From Phallusia mammillata (lineage: Eukaryota), in contig OZ281494.1 of NCBI GenBank assembly GCA_965637545.1, forward strand, positions 18,848,001-18,912,000: a stretch of DNA of 64,000 nucleotides. Reading direction: 5' to 3'. The notes under the pieces were generated by a model that saw nothing but the letters and a program-made list of their open reading frames with translations, did no database searches and was not told the origin of the DNA. Position 1 is the stretch's first letter; every line of letters begins with the position of its first letter. The position numbers and the translations under genes are program-made. Below, one piece after another: positions 50,442 to 59,687 of the stretch.

Positions 50442-52284
50442 TTAGCATCGGGATCTTACAAACCAACCGGTCCTCCAGAAACTCCACTGATTTTTTACTT
50501 TGCTAACACATGAAGCGAAAGTTCGGTCACACCGGCAAGTTTTCAAACCGATTGGTGTCGTTGAAACTGAAAAAATGACATTTTGTAAACATTCATCGCA
50601 AGACAGTAAAATCAGACAACCATGTTTCAAAAAAGCATGCAATTCCTCCCAGCAAAGTTAAACAACTGCTAACACCACCACACCTTACGTCAGCGGAAAA
50701 TCTACCAACACCATAACTCACGTCAGCCGCACATTTAGTTAATTTTCGATAGGTGGTGCAAAGAGGACAAATCCATAACATGGTTTATCTCATGTATGCT
50801 GACGGTTAAATCTATTAGGGTTGGGGTTAGGTATTAAGATTAAAAACTCAATGAAACTAACTCTAAAATTCAGTTCCTAACTTAATGTAAAATTTTCAAA
50901 AACTTACTTCCCAATCCAGAGTGGATTCTTTAGACGCTAAATAAGCTTATATAATTCAGCTCCTGCGCCACCTGTCAAAAATTAGCTAAGTGTGCGGCTG
51001 ACGCGAGTTATGGTGTTAGTAGCCAGACACACGTCGGTCGCACATTTGACTAATATTCGATAGATGGAGCAAAGAGCACAAACACCTATTTAAAACGGTA
51101 TATCTCCAAAAATGCTTTAAATTTGGGCTATTTGGTTTGAGGTATGGCATTTTCATAAAAGTTCCTAATGTAATATTTTAAATAAAAACTTACTTCCCAA
51201 CCCTACCCTTCTTTAGTTGCTAAATTAATAATTTAGTTTATTGCACCACTTACCGATATTTGGGTAAATGTTGGGCCGGCGTGAGTTATGGTGTTAGTAG
51301 CTCTATAGAATTTACCAGAGGGTTATAAATGATATATTGTTATCAAAAATGGTCCTGGCGAAATCTTCACTAAACCAGATAAACATGCAGTAAAAACAAA
51401 TGTGATAACAGAAAGTTACTTACAACATGAGATCTTGTGATTAACACATGTTGCGGTGTACGTAGCAGTAAAGGTAAGAAATTTGACAAAACTTTTGTAG
51501 CCTTGAGAAATCGCGGCAGCATGCAAACATGTATCATGAGTTTTGCAGCACCTGAAAATATTATCTAAGAGGATATTGTCCTGAAATACTTATGTCAACA
51601 AATTGTTCTTACTATGTTACTAAATTTTTGATATTTTAGGTGCAAAACTTGTAGTACATATGTTTTTACATTAAGACGAGCCACATAAAGATCGATCTTG
51701 TAGTTTCATTATATTTTACCATGCACTTACCTATCAATTGCATCAACGGGTTCTCCTGACCCGCCGAAACCACACCAGCAACCGTAATTGACGTATTTCC
51801 CAAACAGTCGAAACATGGATTTCCAATCAAGGTTCTGCTGCTGGTAACAGGCCAGAGTAAATGGCATATTGTAAAGTACAACATTTCTTGACGATTTTAC
51901 AAGGGTTTCGGCCTCAGTGGTCTGATTTGTAGGAGATTGGGGATTGTGTTCTTTGACGATCTGTGCCTAATACATAGATCAACATATCTTGCTACACTGT
52001 TCTTGATTTTATTACAAACATGCTTATATTTAATTTTTATCTTTCGACTCGAGATGGTAACAATTTTTTCATGAAAATGTGGAAATATAAAAATGCAACA
52101 AGCGGTTCGCTTTTATCAGCGAGCGACAAACTATATATCTGTTATGCGTTTTACACATCTTGTGTTCATTTTATGCTACAAACGTTTCTACGAATACCTG
52201 AACAGGAATGTAGGTCCGATCGTCGCTTGCCAACACATTAATCGCGTATCCTGTCATCAGCATACAAATTAACTGAGCAAGCAT
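50442..52284 (-). CDS. Secreted phospholipase A2 B (group I/II/V/X fold), 4 coding exons
   Basis: Signal exon 52198-52284 ([19 protein letters not shown]); Ca-loop exon ~51731-51924 ([18 protein letters not shown]); active-site exon ~51425-51551 ([10 protein letters not shown]); last exon 50442-~50565 (CRCDR...[14 protein letters not shown]). Phases 0,2,1. Confidence 0.88.
50600..51310. repeat. Degenerate ~300-bp tandem repeat family in a PLA2 intron; related sequence at ~20230-20720 and ~25010-25300
   Basis: Recurring TCGATAG(G/A)TGG(T/A)GCAAAGAG(G/C)ACAAA, ACTTACTTCCCA and GAGTTATGGTGTT(A/G)GTAG motifs; reverse-complement matches at 20630-20640 and 25208-25235. Confidence 0.6.
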
Positions 52285-52974
52285 TTTTTATCGTGCCCTT
52301 TGTTCGATAAATATCCGATCGAAGATTTCTACTTAAATGTGAGTTATATTCTTTCGTTTAATCGCTTGATACTGGACTTTCTAAAATACTCGACTTATGA
52401 ATCATTTACCACCCGAAATCCTGATCTTCTTAATCGTAGTGGTAGAACATTACTTTCGACCTTTACTTTATGTACGAGTTTGAAAGAAGCATTAGCGAAA
52501 ATTGCATTTGTGAAACTCCCTTTTGACACACTTGCTTACGTCACTGTGCGATTAAGTTTCACTTAACATCCTGTCGGCTGTCAATCATTTGTACTTTATC
52601 GTGGTCAGATTACCTTGTACTTGTTCAAAGTTTCCTGTGACATGCAATCCAGTCGAACCTTGCGAAGGGATTTGAGTCAAAAACGTTTTTGCTTTTACCA
52701 ATAAAAAAAATTGCGCCAGCAGTGTCAAGAAAAATGCTTTATATTAACCGCAATAGTTTCATCGTTACTATTAAAATAAAAATGTAAGGCGTAATAATTA
52801 GGCTTGGAATAAACGAAAAATTTGCATGACTACCCCTTCTAGAGTGTAACAACAAAAGACGCATCACAAATTGCGTTAACTTTATATACACACACCATTT
52901 CCTTTCTGTTATTTTAAATTTGTATGGAAACACAGCCTCCAAATGAAGGTAAATAAGCGAAGCAAGTGCTACGG

Positions 52975-53996
52975 TTAACATGACCCTCGAAAGAAGGGCC
53001 AAGTATTCCAGAACGTCCAATCATCGTCGTATTTCACAACACAGGCCGATAATTTTTGATCACACTCACAATATTCTCGATTTCCTCCATGATCATCTGG
53101 TAAATAAGCATCAAGTATATACCTTAAAATCGTGTGTATATTTGCTTTTAATATCGATATACTCACATTACATAACGGGCGTATAACTGGTATCGTGATC
53201 AGCGCCTTTTGTTATGTCTTTGTTTGAGTATTAGTATTATTGTTAAAGTATTATTATGATCGAATCCAGCTATTTCCGTCATTAAAACTTTGTTCCACTC
53301 AGTAAAAAATGACGTAAAAATGTATGCTTAGTAGTCACAGTATTTATTTTAAGGCAATTACAAAGAAATCACTTACAGCATGTTGTTCTCATATTTTTAC
53401 AGCTCGTCTTGTATTTGGTGAACAGTCCGAGCGGGTCTAACCATCTAGGTTTGCCTGACTTCTTAAGTGCAAGTTGATAACACAGATCGTGTTGTTTGCA
53501 GCAACTACAGCAAAGACTCAAGAAATAAATTGGAACAATAATTATAACTTTTACTTGCTTGAATGCCCTATCTCTTTAGCATGTTTGTGTCTAAAAGCAA
53601 TAAGATTACTTACGCATCAATTGAATCCACAGGTGTTCCATGGCCTCCGATACCACACCAACAACCGTAGTTCCCATACCACAAAGCAATTTTTGACTTT
53701 GTTAACGAGTTATAACTTAATCCATGGTAGCAGGCGATTTGAAAACGCATGTTGTGATGGATAGAGGCATAAGAGCCAGTAAATGACCGAACGCTTGGCA
53801 AAGAATTCTAATGAAAACATGCAACCGGTTTTTTGTCAATCAAGTTTGATACAACGTAACTCATTATTCATACTTTTGGTGGATTTTGTTTGTTACCCGA
53901 ATCTTTGCTTTTCTTCACTACCATATTGAAGTCAACATCACCAACCACGCATACCACTACAGAGCAACAGGTCAACAACTGAAGTAGAAGCATCAT
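52975..53996 (-). CDS. Secreted phospholipase A2 A (group I/II/V/X fold), 4 coding exons
   Basis: Signal/pro exon ~53874-53996 (MMLLLQLLTCCSVVVCVVG); YGNYGCWCGIGGHGTPVDSIDA; CCKQHDLCY; CECDQKLSAC...WTFWNTWPFFRGSC*. His48, Asp49, Tyr52 and Asp99 equivalents intact. Same intron phases as PLA2 B. Confidence 0.92.
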
Positions 53997-55067
53997 CCAG
54001 CAGAATTTGACTGTTTGGAGACTAACTATAAGCACCTGCTAGACCAATAAACTATTTGAAATCAACTTAATCCAAAGAATAAAGGACGTTAATGAGTAAT
54101 GAATATCACCTTTGGTGCTCGTTGTATTCGTGATCGTGAGATTTAACGGAAGTGCGTTTCCTTCGAACAAAGGTTAGTACTTGGTTTAATCAGCAATTTC
54201 GATTTTCGAATGCTCTTTGTGACTTAGTATTTTACTAAACTGAACCTAGTGGTTTTCCCATGTATCAAAGATAAGTGTTTGTTATGTTTTTTTTCTAATG
54301 TAAAAACGCGTTTGCAATGTCCGTTCAAACTTTGCCCGAGAAAACATAGTTGTGTAGCTATATATTTGAGACCAGTTATAACTGGCACTATGCATAAAAT
54401 TACCCACGCGTTTGATTCAAATTCTTCTTGTGACGTAGTTCCCGCTCATCATATAATATTTCTATCGAACGTTGCTCTAAAGCTAACCGCAAACTAAAGT
54501 CGTCCCAGCATAAACTTAGAGGAAAATTTTTATCCGATTTGAGAGAAAAAAATTTATCGACGCACACAGAAGTCATTTAAAAAACCTTTAACTTAAATTT
54601 TTAATCAAAGTATTTCTAATTGCATCATAAAAGTTACAAGTTATATACTTATTATGGTTGTGGGTAAATGTTACTGGCGTATAAAATGGGATTACACCGG
54701 TATTATAACAGTTCGATTCAACATTAATGCGGACCTCCAGTTAAATTGCTGATTCAACAAAACATATTTTGGTAAGGAATTCGAATTTAAGTTTTGGAAA
54801 TGCTTTTGTGGAATTGATTATTGCTACAGATTCAGAAAAAATAAAATGTGCATTCAACAGACACCACAAAAGTTCTGAAACACGTGCAACGAGACCTATC
54901 AAGCTCAAGAAAAAGGCAATAAAAAAGGGAAAAAATATCTAGTGCTCGCGCAATACCTACGCCTAATCTGCTAAAACTTCTAAATGAAACGTTTTCTTTT
55001 AAAAAAAAAACGTTTTCTGCTAAAAGAAACGGTTTTATTTCTGGTTGGTTAAAGTCTTCTTTTAAAC

Positions 55068-55303
55068 CAGGTGTCGGCAACCTTTTTTACACTGCGGACC
55101 GGTTTTGAACCTGAAATTTTATCGCGGACCGGCCTTCGAAAAACTGCAAAATATTTAGCAACAAAAACGCTCAAATTAGTTTATCATCCCCAGGATGCAT
55201 GGGGAAAGTGTTTCAAAGCGTTTAACCTGAAAAAGTATACGGCCCGGTAACGAACTCCTCGCGGACCGGTACCGGGCCGCGGCCCGGCGGTTGCCGACCA
55301 CTG
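55068..55303. mobile_element. hAT MITE
   Basis: TIR CAGGTGTCGGCAACC / GGTTGCCGACCACTG; TSD TTTTAAAC. Confidence 0.88.
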
Positions 55304-55884
55304 TTTTAAACAACAATGCTTGCGTAATAAACGGGGCTCGGTTGAGTATTTATTATTTTTCTCTTGAGTGAAATTCATCTGTCTGCGGTCAGCTAATTTG
55401 GTGTCTACATTAATGAATGAATTCATAAATTCATATGAATTCATACAATATTACAATTTACTAGGGTGTGCCAAAAAGTTTGACAAAAAAACCTAAAAAA
55501 ATGAGTTTTGTGATTCGGTTTTGCACATATCTATTACCAATGAAAGGATAGTAAGTTATAATATATTTTTGGACACTTCGACGCGCATAGTGATGACCAA
55601 ATATGTACAAAGCACCTTTGTATGCATATTTCAACACTATAAACTGCAGCTGCCTCCTACACCTCAAAACATCCGATGGGACCTTGCCTATATTGGGACA
55701 TACATATCCGTTAAGTGATCAACAACAGTATGTAACAAATTGCCTGTAAAGATCATCGTCAAGACAGGACTTCGCACTGCAACACTATAAACGTAAGTTC
55801 ATTAAAATAATATTTAAATAAAATAGATAAATTCGGTGTTACTTTATACTGTGATCTGCAACTTTTGTAAACAATACCTTCCAG

Positions 55885-56388
55885 ATGAAAGCAGCCATAC
55901 TTCTTGCCATTTTGTGCACAGCCCTTCTGCTTTTGGAACAGAGCGTAGCCTGGAAGATACGAAGAATTCGTACATGGAGAAAACATAGAAAGTATGAGTG
56001 CTATCATCCCACAATTATTTTTTTTCTTTAACAATACACCCGTGTGGTGGCAAGTACCACGTTTTAAAACCTCTTTTGTATATTATAGATATATTTTTTG
56101 AACTATCAATATGGTTTATAGCTGGTTTCATCGTCGTCGCCGCCGCCGCCGTTGTTTCTTCGGCAAAGATGGAGCTTCACCACAAGAGACTAAATGGGGT
56201 AAGAAAAAGTTAAATGATATTCAGGTCGATTTTGGTTTGCATAGTGTATGCCATTTTGCTTAAAGCAACAGTAAAATACTGCTTTCTGTAACCTTCAATG
56301 TATTTTAGACATACATGTTGAAAACGAGTTTCCCGATCTGGGTGGGTTGTCAAAAGACATCACTGATGACAACAAAAACAGTTCCTAA
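55885..56388 (+). CDS. Cationic peptide precursor 5 (AMP-like, Arg/Trp-rich)
   Basis: Exons 55885-55991, 56122-56198, 56309-56388 in phase (2,1), with cag|ATG start. MKAAILLAILCTALLLLEQSVA | WKIRRIRTWRKHRNWFHRRRRRRRCFFG | KDGASPQETKWDIHVENEFPDLGGLSKDITDDNKNSS*. Not in the ORF track. Confidence 0.82.
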
Positions 56389-56609
56389 GTTGTAACCATT
56401 GAATTTATACATGCAACAGGAACGTCTGTGTTTTACTGAATAAATTCAAATAAATTGAAATAAGTTATGCTCTCTTTTTTATCGCATTGTACAATTTAGA
56501 TTACACCAGGATCACCATTTTTTACAGCCACATGCTCACAAGCACTAACACAAAGCCGTTTCAAAACTATGGCCCGCGATGCGCTATTGCGGAGCCACCA
56601 AGAGCTTAA

Positions 56610-58757
56610 AGGGCCCCGGCAGCGGCGATGTGACTTTTTCTACATTTTAGATATTTAGAATTGCCAAAAATCAGGGATTTCGAATCACTGATTTTTTTTT
56701 GTCCTATGATTTGTCGTTTTCGAGATATTCAATCCAACAACGAGCTCTCGAGCGACACCTTGGTTTGATATGTAGCAGCGATTGTTACGTCACCTCGTAC
56801 CAACTTCTAACAATGGCGTTGGTCAGCTGTTGTTTTTATTGCTTGTTTTAGCTTTGATGCGTACATTTTTCTATTGTTTACAACTGATAAAATTAACGTA
56901 GATACTTAGTTGACAGTTAAGCAATAAATAACAACTGTTTGCTTAAAAAGGTAGGTGTTTTGTTGTTGACAAAAGGTATTTTCCACGTAACAGAATTATT
57001 GTAGGTGTTTATGTACCAACTATGTGATAATGGAGGAGAGAAAATTATGCGTTTGCTGCCATGAAATTAGTAAGTGCAACAGCAGTTAGCCAAGTTCAAC
57101 GAATATTCTGAGTCGAATCTGCTTTGTATAAAAACATATCCTGGATTTGAATCTATATGTCTCAACGTGTATTAGAAGCAGCATGTTATCGATTTAAACG
57201 TCAATTGGGAAATCATGATGAGGGTAATTAACACCCGTCACGAGTAAGTTTTACTGTACTAACTACTAACATGCAACTAGCAACCTCTATGCGTTACAGG
57301 TATACTGCCTACTAAAATTTGTTGAATGGTGCTGGGGAAGACTTCAGAGTTACATTGCCGGACTGACAGCCACTTGTCAACTATAAGTTGTGAATTCCCT
57401 TGAAATGTTGCTGCACAACAATACATGTGGTTGCATATGCTTTTCACCCAAGGTCCCAACTCTTTGCAATAGGCTTTGTTAGAAAGTGCTGTCAGTTTCT
57501 TTTGGATTTCTGAATTGAAAACCATAAACACAAATATACTGGTGTATGCTCATCTTTTATTTCTATCATACTTGTAGCTACATGCCAAACATAATGTTTT
57601 GTTTCTGACGATTCTTCACTAATGTATTTAATGATTTGTGGATGCCTGTCAGTCACAAAGGCTTTAATAAACAATCCTTTGCTTGTGATGTTTTCAATGC
57701 ATCCCAAGAATCCTTCTTTTTCCATATCATTGCTGTTTACCACTTCATTGCTCTAGAAAATATTATGAAATTACCATCTGAATACATTAACAAGGTTAAT
57801 AGCAACAATTTTATTGTTGCAAAGATCCATCATTCATCATTGTGTATGTACCAAATTTAGCTGAGTGTCCAGGGAAATCTGCAGTTAATTTACTTCTGGT
57901 ACACCATTTAAGAGGTAAAGAAGTTTTCCTTTACACACAATGTATTTTGGTTCATAGCTTAGATTGGGTGGTTCCCAAATGAAAATATATTGATATTATC
58001 ACACCTTTTTTCATAACCACACTTTTTTGTTATTACCAAGTAAATGGCATGACAATAAACTAAATTAGTATGACATAATGGTAATATTAAAGACTATCAT
58101 GTTAAATGAGATTATGTCAGAAAACAATTAATTAAACCATACCATATGCTACTTTTCTTACAACTGCTCTCAATGCCATTTCTTGCTGAAGAAGACTGTT
58201 CTAATGAATACATGGAATGGCATTTGGCTTTAACACCAGAATTTTTGCCATACTCCTGTCTGCTGCATTTTATTTGTGAAACATTCATCTGTGAAATGTA
58301 GGCTACAAAGAACACTGTATTTCGTTGGTCCCTTTTTTTCACGTTAACAAATTTAATCCAAGCTGACCGCAATCGCTTTATATTTGGAAAGCGAAAAAGT
58401 GTCAAATTGCTGGCCTTTTGATTTCCTCTTGAATTGCAACCATACAAAGAACACACTGCAGGCATTTTTGCACACTTGAGTATAAAAATGAAAACATTTA
58501 AACACCAAAATACCTAAACTGACTAACGTAATTGGCGTCGCAGAACCTTAACAAGCTCCAAACCAAGTTGGTACGAGGTGACGTCACATGGCGTTTGAGC
58601 TCAGTGACAAAATATCCGCAAGGTGTCAGTGTTTTTAGATTTAAAACGTAAATATTTGACTAGTAACTTCGATTTTTGTGGTTTTAAATCTGAAATCGTG
58701 TTTATAAAAATACGACAAACAACATATTAAAAAATAATTTTCCGGTGCCGGGGCTCT
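56610..58757 (-). mobile_element. Decayed Kolobok-type DNA transposon (THAP + DDE transposase remnants)
   Basis: TTAA flanks (56606-56609, 58758-58761); TIR AGGGCCCCGGCAGCGG / CCGGTGCCGGGGCTCT. THAP remnant MPAVCSLYGCNS...LFRFP...W, then frameshifted CSLHF (58112-58465). Transposase remnants MEKEG, VTDRHPQI, VWHVA, LGPWVKSICNHMY (57277-57743). Confidence 0.8.
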
Positions 58758-58837
58758 TTAAGGGCTTACAACAATCTCATTTAGAGTCAGACAGTGCTAC
58801 TGTTTAATAGTAAAATTATTTGGAATATTTTAGACTG

Positions 58838-59237
58838 CAGCGGTTTTCAAACTGTCCGCGATCCTTTTGGGGTCCGTGAGGCAATTTTAGGGGGGCCGCG
58901 GAAGGTTGAAGTACTTCTATAATCTTATTTGGCGTCAGTTTGTGCCATTGATGCAGTTTAAATCAAAGTAGAATTGAGTCTCCATTGCTAAGCAATAGCC
59001 TTTATTCCATAACAATTAACTAAAACTCAAATTGTTCAATTTGTTTTTTGTCTTGTCTGTGGTGTCACGAACAGTCATGGATCATTGCTACACGCAATTT
59101 TGCATAAGTAGCTAAAATCGTGAAATCAACTTTCGTTTTTCTGAAATACACATTCGGGCCTATAAGGACCGCGAGCCCTCGAAATAATGGCAAAGGGACC
59201 GTTTTGAAAAAATAATGAAAAAGTTTGAGAACCACTG
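58838..59237. mobile_element. hAT MITE
   Basis: Ends CAGCGGTTTTCAAACT / AGTTTGAGAACCACTG; TSD degenerate. Confidence 0.65.
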
Positions 59238-59244
59238 TGTAGAC

Positions 59245-59687
59245 CAGTGGTTCTCAAAGTATGGGTCGCGACCCAAACATGGGTCGCGCATGGTCAAAAA
59301 ATGGGTCGCGCTATGGTGATTCAATTTTGCACAAATGAACTATTACTGCAATAAGTAAACACAAACGAATTTACTTAAGGCAAAAATAAAGTCACATCAC
59401 TCGACCACGTTGTACAGTAAAATGAACCAATCATTACAACATACAGACAATAGCCTTCCAATTTTACTGTTACGCACATGGCGATTGCAACGTCCTAGCA
59501 CGGGAAATAATAGGAAGTTAATCTTGCATCCCGGTAACTTAACGGGAGATGTAACAATTAGCGTTTAAGGGTGGCCTCGAAATTGTAGTCCGTCTCGTTA
59601 ATACATTTTTGATGTTTGAGGCTTGGGTCGTGAGATGTTCATACGGCCCAGATTTGGGTCGCGGTCAAAAAAGTTTGAGAACCACTG
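59245..59687. mobile_element. hAT MITE inserted at the edge of the previous one
   Basis: TIR CAGTGGTTCTCAAA / TTTGAGAACCACTG; TSD GTGTAGAC. Confidence 0.9.
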
